Origin: an uncultured delta proteobacterium
GTDB lineage: Bacteria; Myxococcota; Myxococcia; Myxococcales; Myxococcaceae
Direction: 5' to 3'
NCBI GenBank assembly: GCA_963796055.1
Contig: CAWCKH010000004.1
Location: 2,304,001 to 2,368,000 of the forward strand
DNA: 64,000 bases
Position numbers and translations under genes: made by a program. The notes under the pieces are model-generated. The model worked only from the letters and a program-made list of their open reading frames with translations, did no database searches and was not told where the DNA came from. Shown in pieces: positions 37,650 to 47,925 of this stretch; the first letter of the stretch is position 1, and the number at the start of each line of letters is the position of its first letter.

Positions 37650-38207
37650 ATGATGGGCGAGGCGACCGACAGCGCGCTTCTCGCGGCAATCGCCGCTGGA
37701 GGCGCGGGCCGCCGCGAGGCCGAGCGCGCGCTCTGCCGCCGGTACGCGCCGCGGATCCGGCTCTACGGACTCCGTCATCTCCGGGACGAGGACCGGGGCC
37801 GCGACCTGGTGCAGACCGTGCTCCTCGGCGTGCTCGAGGCCTCGCGGGAAGGACGGGTGCGCGAGCCCGAGCAGCTGGTCCGCTTCGTCCTCGGAACCTG
37901 CCGAAACGCGGTCCTGCGCCTGCGGGAGCTGGAGGGACGGGCGCAGCCGGCGACCGACGAGGTGCTGGTCGCTGCCGCCGGCGGCGAGGCGCCGCGCGAC
38001 CCCATGAACGCGGCGGTGCTGCTCCGGTGCCTCGGATCGCTCGGGGACCGTGCGCGCAGGGTGCTCGAGCTCTCGTTTCACGAGGAGCTGGAGAGCGCGG
38101 AGGTCGCCAGCCGGCTCGCGCTCTCCCGTGGCAACGTGCGCGTCATCCGTCATCGCGCCCTGGCCGCGCTCCGCGCCTGCCTCGACGCTCCCAGGGGGGC
38201 CGCATGA
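37650..38207 (+). CDS. ECF RNA polymerase sigma factor
   Basis: Region 2 (DLVQTV) and region 4 (EVASRLALSRGNVRVIRHRAL). Confidence 0.9.
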   Translation: MMGEATDSALLAAIAAGGAGRREAERALCRRYAPRIRLYGLRHLRDEDRGRDLVQTVLLGVLEASREGRVREPEQLVRFVLGTCRNAVLRLRELEGRAQPATDEVLVAAAGGEAPRDPMNAAVLLRCLGSLGDRARRVLELSFHEELESAEVASRLALSRGNVRVIRHRALAALRACLDAPRGAA

Positions 38208-38734
38208 GCTGCGCCATGCCACTCTCCTGGGAGACCCTCGTGGACTGGTGGGCCGCCGACCTCGACGAGGCGGCGACATCGTCCGTGGAGGAGCATCTGC
38301 TCGGGTGCGACGTCTGCTCCGCCGTCGCGCGGCGGGTGGCGGCGACCGCGGAAGCGCTCCGCACCATGGTGCCGCCCGTCGTCCGCCCGGAGCGGCTGGC
38401 GGAGATGTTCAGACGTGGGGTCCGCATCCTGGAAAACCCCATCGCTCCCGGCCAGACCTGCGACTTTCACTTTCCGAAGAACGCCGACCTCGCCGTGCAC
38501 GTGCTCGGAGGCCTCGCGCTCGAGCCGGGTGCCTCGGTGGAGGTCACGCTTCGCTCCCTCGCCAGCGGGGCGGTGCTCGGGCACGTGGAGGACGCGCCGT
38601 TCGACGCGCAGCGTGGGGCGGTCTACCTCGCCTGTCAGCGCGACTACGCGCAGCTCGACCCCGACCTGGTGGCGGAGGTCCGGGTGGGCAAGGACCGGCC
38701 CGCGGCCCGGTACACCATCCTCCACCACTGGTGA
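38204..38734 (+). CDS. Zinc-binding (ZAS/zf-HC2) anti-sigma factor, soluble
   Basis: EEHLLGCDVC (HxxxCxxC); ATGA overlap with the sigma gene; no TM helix. Confidence 0.8.
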   Translation: MSCAMPLSWETLVDWWAADLDEAATSSVEEHLLGCDVCSAVARRVAATAEALRTMVPPVVRPERLAEMFRRGVRILENPIAPGQTCDFHFPKNADLAVHVLGGLALEPGASVEVTLRSLASGAVLGHVEDAPFDAQRGAVYLACQRDYAQLDPDLVAEVRVGKDRPAARYTILHHW

Positions 38735-38783
38735 GCCCCGGGGCGCCTCGTCCAGCCGATGCGGTCGCAAGTTCCTGCGGTTA

Positions 38784-38864
38784 CTGACACGGCGTGTCAG
38801 GCGCCACCGAGGTGTTTGTAAGTGGTCGGAATCGTTTGACACCTCTGTGACAGATTCTTAATCT
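38784..38864 (+). promoter_or_regulatory. Sigma70-type promoter of the GT2 gene with an upstream palindrome
   Basis: TTGACA (38836-38841), 17 bp, TAATCT (38859-38864); CTGACAC-GGC-GTGTCAG at 38784-38800. Confidence 0.6.
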
Positions 38865-38918
38865 GCCGCGCCCCCGGAACCGGACGCTCGGGCGTGGGGA
38901 CGAGGGCCAGCGCCAGAG

Positions 38919-40436
38919 ATGACCAGCGTCGAGATCGTGTTCCTGGGCGTGTACTTCGCCGTCCTGTGCGTCCTTGCCGTCTACGGGTCGCACCGCTACC
39001 GGATGGCGTTCCTGTACTACCGGCACAAGTTCAAGATTCCAACCCCCAGCGGCACGCTCACGCAGCTGCCGCGGGTCACCATCCAGCTCCCGGTGTTCAA
39101 CGAGATGTACGTGGTGGAGCGCCTCATCGAGGCGGTCTGCCGCATCGAGTACCCGTGCGAGCTCCTGGAAATCCAGGTCCTGGACGACTCCACCGACGAG
39201 ACCTGCGCCATCGCCCGCGCCGTGGTCGAGCGCCGCCGCCGGGCCGGCCAGGACATCACCTACATTCACCGGACCAACCGCCAGGGCTTCAAGGCAGGTG
39301 CCCTGGAGAACGGGCTGCGCACCGCGAAGGGCGAGTACGTCGCGGTGTTCGACGCGGACTTCGTGCCCGCGCCGGACTTCCTCCAGCGCACCGTGCCGTT
39401 CTTCGCCGATCCGAAGGTGGGCATGGTCCAGGTCCGCTGGGGCCACCTGAACCGCGAGTTCTCCATCCTCACCCAGGCCCAGAGCATCTTCCTCGACGGC
39501 CACTTCATCATCGAGCACACGGCGCGGAACCGCTCGGGCTGCTTCTTCAACTTCAATGGCACGGCCGGCATCTGGCGGCGCACGGTCATCGCCGATGCGG
39601 GCGGCTGGCAGCACGACACGCTCACCGAGGACCTTGACCTCAGCTATCGCGCGCAGCTGAAGGGCTGGCAGTTCGTCTTCCTCCCCGAGGTGGTGTCCCC
39701 GGCCGAAGTTCCGGTGGACATGAACGCCTTCAAGAGCCAGCAACACCGCTGGGCCAAGGGTTCGATCCAGACCGCGCGCAAGCTGCTTCCCACCATCCTC
39801 CGCTCGAACCAGCCGTTCGCGGTGAAGCGCGAGGCGTTCTTCCATCTCACCAACAACATCGCCTATCTCTTGATGGTGCTGCTGTCGGTGCTGATGCCGC
39901 TGTCGATGGTGGTGCGCTTCAACCACGGCCTGTACTCGACGCTGTTCCTCGACCTGCCGTTCTGCCTGGCGGCCACCGCGTCGGTCTGCTTCTTCTACGT
40001 GGCGACCCAGACGGAGCTCGGGCTCACCGGCTGGCGACGGGTGAAGTACCTGCCGTTCATCATGTCGCTCGGCATCGGGCTGGCGATCAACAACGCCGAG
40101 GCGGTCATCGAGGCGCTGCTCAACCAACAGAGCGCGTTCGCCCGGACGCCGAAGACCGGCAGCGAGGGCAAGAGCATCCGGTCCTCGGTGAAGCGGAGCT
40201 ATCTCGGCGCCCGGACGATGATGCCGCTGATCGAGCTGGCGTTCGGCCTGTACTTCTCCGGCGCGCTCTGGTTCGCGATCGACGCCGGGATCTGGACCTC
40301 GGTGCCGTTCCTGGTGCTGTTCCAGGTGGGGTTCCTCTACGTGGGGACGATGAGCCTGTTCCAGGGCCGGTCCATCGACCGGCGCGCGCTGGCCACCGCC
40401 GTCGCACCCGCGCCGTCCGCCCAGCGCGTGGCCTGA
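38919..40436 (+). CDS. GT2 processive glycosyltransferase (cellulose synthase-like)
   Basis: QVLDDSTD, GFKAGAL, FDADF, TEDLDL and QQHRW (D,D,D,QxxRW); multiple TM helices. Confidence 0.93.
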   Translation: MTSVEIVFLGVYFAVLCVLAVYGSHRYRMAFLYYRHKFKIPTPSGTLTQLPRVTIQLPVFNEMYVVERLIEAVCRIEYPCELLEIQVLDDSTDETCAIARAVVERRRRAGQDITYIHRTNRQGFKAGALENGLRTAKGEYVAVFDADFVPAPDFLQRTVPFFADPKVGMVQVRWGHLNREFSILTQAQSIFLDGHFIIEHTARNRSGCFFNFNGTAGIWRRTVIADAGGWQHDTLTEDLDLSYRAQLKGWQFVFLPEVVSPAEVPVDMNAFKSQQHRWAKGSIQTARKLLPTILRSNQPFAVKREAFFHLTNNIAYLLMVLLSVLMPLSMVVRFNHGLYSTLFLDLPFCLAATASVCFFYVATQTELGLTGWRRVKYLPFIMSLGIGLAINNAEAVIEALLNQQSAFARTPKTGSEGKSIRSSVKRSYLGARTMMPLIELAFGLYFSGALWFAIDAGIWTSVPFLVLFQVGFLYVGTMSLFQGRSIDRRALATAVAPAPSAQRVA

Positions 40437-40676
40437 GCGCGCGGGCGCGCCTCCGTTCAGGCCAATGCGGGCCACGGGTCGCTGGACGCCGTTCGTCCGC
40501 GGCCGGGCCGGATGCGAATCGAGAAGCGGCCCGTGCATGGCAGCGAGCACGGGTCCCCGGCCGACACGGGCGAATTTGCGCTGCCCCCACTGGCCCGGCC
40601 GACCGGTGCGACCTGAAGGCTGACGACGACGCGTCTGCCATCGTCACATCCTCCGCGGGACATTCGCGGCTCTCGC

Positions 40677-41180
40677 TCACGTCCCTCCGTCGATGGGCGC
40701 TCGGATCAAGAGGTAGCTCCGTGTCTCGGGCGGGGAGGCGTCCACCGCCGTGCACTGGTCGTCGACCCGCATCCGCTCCACGGTGCGAAGGAGGAGCCCG
40801 CCGTCGGGGCAGCCGGTGAGCTCCACGGGCAGGCTTGCCTCGCAGCCCGGGCCCGAGGCGCCCATCCGCGGGGCCCGCGTCTCGCCGCTGAGGCCGCTCG
40901 GCGTGCGCCGGAGCACCACCCGGGCGCTGCTCCTCCGCTCGGGCGTGCCGCCGTCCGCCCAGTGGCGCTCGACGTCGAGCACCACCGTGCCTCCGTCGTC
41001 GGTCGCGCGGTAGCCCCAGCTCCGGTCGGAGGCCAGGACCCACCGTCCGGAGAAGTCGTCCCCGCAGCCCTCGGGGAGCATGCGGGCAGCCGGCGTCGCG
41101 GGTGGGGGCGGCGGAGGGGCTGCGCAGGCGGCGAGCAGGGCCAGTCCGCTTCCGGCGAAGATGACGACGGGCCGCCGCAT
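40677..41180 (-). CDS. Hypothetical lipoprotein
   Basis: Lipobox LAAC, Cys residues; start overlaps the ftsY stop. Confidence 0.7.
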   Translation of the reverse strand: MRRPVVIFAGSGLALLAACAAPPPPPPATPAARMLPEGCGDDFSGRWVLASDRSWGYRATDDGGTVVLDVERHWADGGTPERRSSARVVLRRTPSGLSGETRAPRMGASGPGCEASLPVELTGCPDGGLLLRTVERMRVDDQCTAVDASPPETRSYLLIRAPIDGGT

Positions 41181-42670
41181 CAGGCCGCCTCGAACAGCGC
41201 CTCCACGAACTCGTGGGGATCGAAGGGGCGCAGGTCCGCGATCTTCTCGCCCACGCCCACCCAGGTGACGGGGATCTTCAGCTCGTCGCTGATGCCAATG
41301 ACCACGCCCCCCTTGGCAGTGCCGTCGAGCTTGGTGAGCGCGATGCCGGTCACGCCCACCGCCTCCTGGAACTGCTTGGCCTGGGCGATGGCGTTCTGGC
41401 CCACGGTGGCGTCGAGGACCAGGAGCACCTCGTGCGGAGCGCCGGGCAGCGCCTTGGCCAGCACCCGCCTGACCTTCTTCAGCTCCTCCATCAGCGGGAC
41501 CTTGGTGTGGAGGCGGCCGGCGGTGTCCACCAGCACCGCGTCGGCACCCTCGTCCACGGCCCGCTTGACCGCATCGAACACCACTGCCCCGGGGTCGGAG
41601 CCGTCGGGTCCGCGAACCAGGGTGGCGTGGGCGCGCTCCGCCCAGACGTCCAGCTGCTCGGTGGCCGCGGCGCGGAAGGTGTCGCCGGCGGCGATGACCA
41701 CCTTCTTGCCTTCCCGGGTCAGCTTCGCCGCCAGCTTCCCGATGGTGGTGGTCTTCCCGCTGCCGTTCACCCCCACCACCATCGTCACGTGGGGCGGCCC
41801 GCCCCCCTGGAGCGAGGCGGGGCGGGGGAGCGAGACCATCCGCTCCACCTCGGAGCGGATCAGCCCCTTCACCCGGCCCACGTCGCCGAGCTCCCGCTTC
41901 TTCAGGCGATCGCGCGCGGCATCCACCAGCTCGGAGGCGGTGCGGACGCCGATGTCGGCGGTGAAGAGGATCTCCTCCAGCTGGGCGAGCACGCTGTCGT
42001 CCACCGCCGCGCCACGGGAGAAGAGCCCGTTCAGCCGGGCCATGAAGCCCTCGCCTCGCGTCCGCTCCAGTCCGGCGGCAAGGGTGCGCCCCGCCTCGGC
42101 CTCGGCACGCGCCCGGGCCTCCTGCTCGGCACGGAGCCGCTCGGCCTCGGCAGCCTCCCGCGCCCGCGCCTCCTCCTCCTCGCGCAGCCGGCGGGCCTCC
42201 GCCTCCCCGCGGGCGCGGCGCTCGCGGGCCTCGGCCTCGGCCGCCTTCTTTGCCCGGTACTCCTCGCGCTTGGCCTCCTCCTCGCGCTCCTTGAGCGCGC
42301 GGGCCTCGGCTTCCAGGCGGCCGCGCTCGGCAGCCTCGGCCTCGGCGCGGGCCTTCTCTTGCAGCTCGCGCCGCTCGCGGGCGAGGGCGTCGGCGCGGGC
42401 CCGGGCAGCGGTAACCTCCTCGCGGGCGCGGGCCTCGTCCGGGCCGGGGACGATCTCCGGCCGGACCGGCGGCGGGGCCGGCAGCTCGGGTGGGGCAGGG
42501 GGCGGTGCCTCCGCCCGCCGACGTGCCCGGGCCCGCAGGGCGAGCGCGGCCGACGCCGCGACGACCACGAGGAGACCTCCCCCCAACAGCTCGATCTGGT
42601 GAAGATCGAGACCGAAGAACAGCTCGGGAGGTGGGGCGGGAACCTGAGCCAGCAGCTGGAACGGCGACAT
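41180..42670 (-). CDS. ftsY: Signal recognition particle receptor FtsY
   Basis: GVNGSGKTTT, DTFRAAA, DTAGR and TKLDGTAKGG; N-terminal TM helix and E/A/R coiled coil. Confidence 0.96.
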   Translation of the reverse strand: MSPFQLLAQVPAPPPELFFGLDLHQIELLGGGLLVVVAASAALALRARARRRAEAPPPAPPELPAPPPVRPEIVPGPDEARAREEVTAARARADALARERRELQEKARAEAEAAERGRLEAEARALKEREEEAKREEYRAKKAAEAEARERRARGEAEARRLREEEEARAREAAEAERLRAEQEARARAEAEAGRTLAAGLERTRGEGFMARLNGLFSRGAAVDDSVLAQLEEILFTADIGVRTASELVDAARDRLKKRELGDVGRVKGLIRSEVERMVSLPRPASLQGGGPPHVTMVVGVNGSGKTTTIGKLAAKLTREGKKVVIAAGDTFRAAATEQLDVWAERAHATLVRGPDGSDPGAVVFDAVKRAVDEGADAVLVDTAGRLHTKVPLMEELKKVRRVLAKALPGAPHEVLLVLDATVGQNAIAQAKQFQEAVGVTGIALTKLDGTAKGGVVIGISDELKIPVTWVGVGEKIADLRPFDPHEFVEALFEAA

Positions 42671-42741
42671 GAGGCGCCCCTCTTACGTCAACTGACGCTT
42701 TCGTCGACACCCGGTGTGTGCGCTAAGAGTCGCCCCCCAGC

Positions 42742-43281
42742 ATGCGCCGCGCGTTCGCCCTCGTCTCCCTGCTCAGCATCCTCCCGGCCTGCATCGTCGA
42801 GGCGCCCACCTCCGAGAAATCGGGCGGTGCGGCGCAGTCCGCGCGCGGGCAGGTCAAGCCCGTGCCCGTGAAGAACGGCGCGGTGCTGGGCGACCTCGCC
42901 GAGCTGGTGGGCGCCACCTTCGCCCCACCCTCGATGTCGACGAGCGACGGGACGCGGGTGGTGCTGGTCTTTCGGACCATCAAGCCCACGACGGACGACT
43001 GGCAGGTGTTCGTGCACGTCGAGGACGCCGAAGGGCGCGGGGAGCGGCTGAACGCCGACCACCCGCTGCGCAACCCGACCAGCCGGTGGAAGGCCGGGGA
43101 GGTGGTGCAGGACGAATTCGTCGTCACCCTGCCGCCGGGGTGGAAGTCGCGGGCGGTGAACGTCTTCGTCGGTCTGTGGCTGCCGTCGACCAACGCACGG
43201 ATGAAGGTCCGGAACCCCGAGGCGGTCCGCACCGATGGCAACGACCGGGTGCTCCTGGTGCAGTTGCCGGTCGTGGGCTGA
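42742..43281 (+). CDS. Hypothetical lipoprotein, beta-sandwich-like
   Basis: Lipobox ILPAC, WQVFVH..NADH.P..PTSRWKAGEVVQD pattern. Confidence 0.7.
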   Translation: MRRAFALVSLLSILPACIVEAPTSEKSGGAAQSARGQVKPVPVKNGAVLGDLAELVGATFAPPSMSTSDGTRVVLVFRTIKPTTDDWQVFVHVEDAEGRGERLNADHPLRNPTSRWKAGEVVQDEFVVTLPPGWKSRAVNVFVGLWLPSTNARMKVRNPEAVRTDGNDRVLLVQLPVVG

Positions 43282-43295
43282 GCAACAGAAAAAAG

Positions 43296-43688
<393 letters not shown>

Positions 43689-43706
<18 letters not shown>

Positions 43707-44546
43707 CAACCGGGGACTTATCGCGCCGGGGGTCGCGACGCCACCTTGCCCCCGGCTGGAGGTGTGGATGATGCCGGTCCGGAACCGCGGATCGCGGAGA
43801 ACGAGGACCAGCGCCGTCGCCAGATAGAAGCCTCCGCGGAGCCAGGCCATCCGCGTCCCATCGGCTCCACTGAACATCGGGCCCGCGAACTCGCCACCGA
43901 ACGTGTTCTGGGCGGTGTGCATCAGCAATGGCAGGAGCACGACCCCCCCGGACCGCTGGTACAGCCAGCCGAAGACCACCGACGCGGAAAGGATGCCGAC
44001 GAAGCCCGGGGCAACCTCGCCGGTCCGGGCGAGCAACAGCGGCAGGTGCCAGGCGAACCACACCACGCCGACCAGAAGGCTGGCCTGCAGCATCGACCGG
44101 CGCTCCGAGACCCGGGCCAGGGCGAACCCGCGCCACGCGGGTTCCTCGCCCAGGGGGCCGCCGAGGACCATCACCAGCGGGAACGCGACCAGGAGCCCCG
44201 GCCACGCGCTCCACCGCTCCGGCGTGGGGGGCACCGCTCCGAGCGCCACGTTGGCCCCGATCCCCAGCAGCGTGGCCCCCAGCGGGAAGAGCAGGGCGAA
44301 GGCGTACAGCGAGGGCGCGGCGCGCCAGCGGAGCAGCGTCCGGGCCCACGCCTTCATCCCACGGCCGCCACCCACCAGGGCGGTGACCACCACTGCCGCG
44401 AGGAGCGGGCCGTACGGGTCCAGCCCCAGCTCGCCCCCGGGATGGACGAGCGCAACCAGGTAGGCGCGCCACGAGAGGGGAAAGGTGAGCGCGTAGAAGG
44501 CGGCCACCGGGTGCGCGCGGACGAGCTGGCGGAATCGGGAGAACAT
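43689..44546 (-). CDS. CPBP (CAAX/Abi) family intramembrane metalloprotease
   Basis: GEEPAWRG, WFAWHLP and HTAQN motifs; multiple TM helices. Confidence 0.9.
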
Positions 44547-44697
44547 GAATCGAAGTTCGTGCTTGCTCGCCTGACGCTCCTCCCGGCCGGGCATTGCATC
44601 GAACTCTCCCCGCGAGCGTGTTGCATGACTCCTGATTACAGCGAGCGGCTCGCGCTGCGACGGCCCGGGAGGCGGAGGATAGGGTCGCTGCTGCGCC

Positions 44698-45430
44698 TCA
44701 CCAGACGGCGGTGAAGCCGACCAGGTACTGCTGTGCAACCAGCGTCTCGGGATGTAGGCGGAGGATCAGCCGTGCGTCGAGATCCAAGGACCACACGGGG
44801 GAGAGGTGAAACCGGACCAGCGGCAGATACCGGAGCCCCAGGCGCCCCGAGCCGAGTGTCAGCGCGAGGGCGTCGGATGGCCAGCCGACAGCACCGAGCG
44901 TGACGTTGAACGAGACCAGCCCCTGGGAGGGTGTGTGTGAAGAACACGCTCCCGCCGAGCTCCAGCACGGGTGACACCTGGCTGTACTGCCCCCGCCAGC
45001 TTCCGCTCACGCCCAGGCTCGTCGTGCCGGAGAACCAGTGCCGGTACCCGGCACCGACCGACAGGACGACGATGAATCGCTCGACCGACCCGTACCCGAT
45101 GCCGTCGATGCCCGCGCCGAGCACCACCTCGTCCCGGAGGCGCTTCCCGAGGAGCACGCTCGCCCCTGGCATCAGGAACGACACCTCGAGCCAGTCGAGC
45201 GGAGACCAGGCAATCTGCAATCGCAGCAGCCCGTTGGTACCGGACGCGCTGCCGTTCCAGCCCTCGGGCGTGAGCTCGACGCCGAGGCCGAAGCCCACGC
45301 CCACTGCGTGCAGGGGAAGGAGCGACTCCTGCGACGCCGGCGGCACGATCTCCGCGGTGCCCTCGGCCGCGGGTGAGGCCACCGAAGGCATACCCAGCAG
45401 CACCACGACCAGTCTCACGAGCCCCTTCAT
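44698..45430 (-). pseudogene. Outer-membrane beta-barrel-like protein with a +1 frameshift
   Basis: Signal peptide and amphipathic strands; removing one G of the G4 run at 44920-44923 continues the frame as GLVSFNVTLG...QQYLVGFTAVW*; span 733 bp (3n+1). Confidence 0.65.
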
Positions 45431-45611
45431 CGGTCCCCCCTCGAGGGTGCACGCGTGAACACCCGTCCCGCCGCGGCCGGCCCTGGGAAGAGCGCGCTGC
45501 GGGAAGACCGAAGTATGGAAGCTCAACGCGCCCGCTGCGCGCTTTTCGTCGTCCCGTCTCCGAACCTGGACGGGAGCTCGACCAGACCTTGCGCCGGCCC
45601 GGTCCGGACCG

Positions 45612-46211
45612 TCAGGGCATCCGCTCGTCGATGGCCCGGTTGCTCATCTCGTCCGCCTCGGCGTTCTGCGCCCGGGGGACGTGCACCAGCTTCACCTTCC
45701 GGAATGCCTTCAGCAGGCTGAGCGCCTCGCTGTGCAGCTCGCGCAGCGCCGGGGACCGGACCTGGTAGGTACCGGAGAGCTGGCGAATCATCAGCTCGCT
45801 GTCGGCGATCACCTCCAGCTCCTCGGCCCCGAGCTCGTGTGCCCGCCGCAGCCCGAGCAGCAGGGCCTGGTACTCGGCGACGTTGTTGGTCTGGCGGCCG
45901 AGGAACTTCCCCAGGCGCTCCAGGACGTGCCCGTCCACGTCGTAGATCACCGCGCCGGCCCCCGCAGGACCGGGGTTCCCCCGGGCGGCCCCGTCCGAGG
46001 CCACCCGGAGCTTCCGATGCGCCTGGACCGAGTGCGGCGGCCCATGGGGGTTCACCTGAGGCGCCGGGTGCGTCGGGGCCGGCAGGCCGAGCAGCACCCC
46101 CACCAGGTCCGTCCTCGACAGCCCCGGAAACCGCGCCAGGGTACGGTCCAGCCCCTCCTCCTCGGCGATGACCCGGAGGAGCTCGGGAAGCGACGGGCGC
46201 TGCCCGCTCAT
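45612..46211 (-). CDS. rnhA: Ribonuclease HI family protein
   Basis: SDGAARGNPGPAG, TNNVAEY, DSEL and HVPRAQNAEAD. Confidence 0.93.
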   Translation of the reverse strand: MSGQRPSLPELLRVIAEEEGLDRTLARFPGLSRTDLVGVLLGLPAPTHPAPQVNPHGPPHSVQAHRKLRVASDGAARGNPGPAGAGAVIYDVDGHVLERLGKFLGRQTNNVAEYQALLLGLRRAHELGAEELEVIADSELMIRQLSGTYQVRSPALRELHSEALSLLKAFRKVKLVHVPRAQNAEADEMSNRAIDERMP

Positions 46212-46939
46212 CCCTTCTTCGCCGGGGGCGGCTCGATGGCCTCCGGCGCGCAGATGATGCGGTGACACGACGGACAGATGTCCGTCTCCAGCGTGGTCTT
46301 CAGCGTGTTGTAGAGCTGCGGCGGCACGCTCATGTTGCAGCCCTGGCACGTTCCGGCGACCACCGTGACCAGCGCGGGGGTCCGGCGCTTGCGCACCGTC
46401 TCGTAGCGCGCGAGCAGCGGCGGGTGGACGGCCTTGGCCACCTCGGCGCGCTTCGCCTCGAGCTCCTTCAGCTGGCCCTCGAAGCCGGCGATCTTGGCCC
46501 GGAGCTCGTTCAGCTTCGCCCCGATCTCGGCGACCTTGGCGGCGTACTGCTGCTCCTTGGCCTTCACCACCTCGCGGAGCTGGGCCTGGATCTTCCCCAG
46601 CTCCACCAGCTCCTCGGCCATGGTGGCGTTGGCCTTCTTCGCGATGTCGATCTCGCGGGCCAGCGCGGCGTACTCGCGGGTGGAACGCTGCTCGGAGAGC
46701 CGCGACTCCCACTTGCGGACCTTCTCCTTCTCCTCGGCGATGTTCTGCTCCAGGGTCCGCCGTTGCCGCTCCACGTCGAGCAGCTTGGCCCGCTCGGCCT
46801 CCACCTCACCCTTGGCCAGGGACAGCTCGCGCTCCAGCTCTCCCATCTGCCTGGGGTACACCTCGGCCGACTTGCGAAGCGCCACGATCTCCAGATCCAC
46901 CTTCTGGAGATCGGCCAGGGCCTTCAATCGTTCCTGCAA
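46208..46939 (-). CDS. Coiled-coil C4 zinc-ribbon protein (DUF164/zf-RING_7)
   Basis: LQKVDLEI start, long coiled coil, CQGCNM..PPQ and CPSCHRI. Confidence 0.9.
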   Translation of the reverse strand: MQERLKALADLQKVDLEIVALRKSAEVYPRQMGELERELSLAKGEVEAERAKLLDVERQRRTLEQNIAEEKEKVRKWESRLSEQRSTREYAALAREIDIAKKANATMAEELVELGKIQAQLREVVKAKEQQYAAKVAEIGAKLNELRAKIAGFEGQLKELEAKRAEVAKAVHPPLLARYETVRKRRTPALVTVVAGTCQGCNMSVPPQLYNTLKTTLETDICPSCHRIICAPEAIEPPPAKKG

Positions 46940-47037
46940 AGCTGAGCTGCCTCCTGCCGCCGGAGCTGGCGCCGCGCGCCTTGTAGCAACGAAGCGTTCG
47001 CAGTGCCAACGCCCTTGGGTCTGCTAATTGGACGGAG

Positions 47038-47559
47038 ATGCGTTTCTGTCCGCGATGTGCCACGCCGCTGGAACGGCGCCAGACGGGCGGGCGCGAGCGG
47101 CAGGCCTGTCCGGGGGAAGGGTGCGGTTTCGTCTTCTACGACAACCCGCTGCCGGTCGTGGCCGGGCTGGTGGAGCACGAGGGGGAGGTGCTCCTGGTCC
47201 GCTCGGTGGGGTGGCCCGAGTCCTGGTACGGCCTGGTCACCGGATTCCTGGAGCGAGACGAGGAGCCGGAAGCGGCCGTCCTCCGCGAGCTCCGCGAGGA
47301 GCTGGGGCTGGAAGGGAAGGTGGTGGCGCCCATCGGGGTGTACACCTTCCCCGAGCGCAACGAGCTCATCCTCGCCTACCACGTCGAGGCCCGGGGCGAG
47401 GTGCGGCTGGGGGAGGAGCTCGCCGGGATGAAGCGGGTCCGTCCCGAGAAGCTGCGCCCATGGCCCTTCGGCACCGGGCACGCGGTGCGGGACTGGCTCG
47501 CGCGCCGGGTACCCGGGCCAGGAACCCCGGGCGAGCTCAGTCCTCGTCGTCCGGAGTGA
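47038..47559 (+). CDS. NUDIX hydrolase with N-terminal zinc ribbon
   Basis: FCPRC, FVFYDNP and [23 protein letters not shown]udix box. Confidence 0.92.
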   Translation: MRFCPRCATPLERRQTGGRERQACPGEGCGFVFYDNPLPVVAGLVEHEGEVLLVRSVGWPESWYGLVTGFLERDEEPEAAVLRELREELGLEGKVVAPIGVYTFPERNELILAYHVEARGEVRLGEELAGMKRVRPEKLRPWPFGTGHAVRDWLARRVPGPGTPGELSPRRPE

Positions 47560-47818
47560 CGGCCTCGTCGTCGTCGAAGCTGTCGAGGTCCTCGGCCTCC
47601 TCGGGCTCCTCGGCCTCGGGCTCGGGCGGCGCGGGCTCCACCGGCCGGGGCACCGCGGCCAGGCGGCCCCGGCGTGGCTCCGGTGCTGGACGGTTGGCCG
47701 GGCTGTCCTTCTGGTCCGCCCCGCACTTGGGGCAGACCGCCTCGGGCTTTCTCAGGTCGTAGAACTTGGTCCCGCACTTGAAGCAGACGTGCTTGGTCCC
47801 GAGGTCCTTCGCCGGCAT
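47537..47818 (-). CDS. FYDLN acid domain protein (TIGR02300-like)
   Basis: [22 protein letters not shown] and acidic tail. Confidence 0.88.
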   Translation of the reverse strand: MPAKDLGTKHVCFKCGTKFYDLRKPEAVCPKCGADQKDSPANRPAPEPRRGRLAAVPRPVEPAPPEPEAEEPEEAEDLDSFDDDEAVTPDDED

Positions 47819-47925
47819 CGACTCACCTGTTCCTTCGCGGGAGAGGGGGAAACGAGGCGGCGATGTAGGCGTCCGGTGCCTCCCAAGTCAACGCTGGAAC
47901 ACCGTACGATGCCCCTTCTGCGGCC

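Noticed and set aside
40437..40676. 240-bp gap between convergent GT2 and lipoprotein genes as a small ORF or ncRNA
   Set aside because: The 68-aa ORF has no convincing RBS or composition, and I recognise no RNA motif. An Rfam/Infernal search would be needed.
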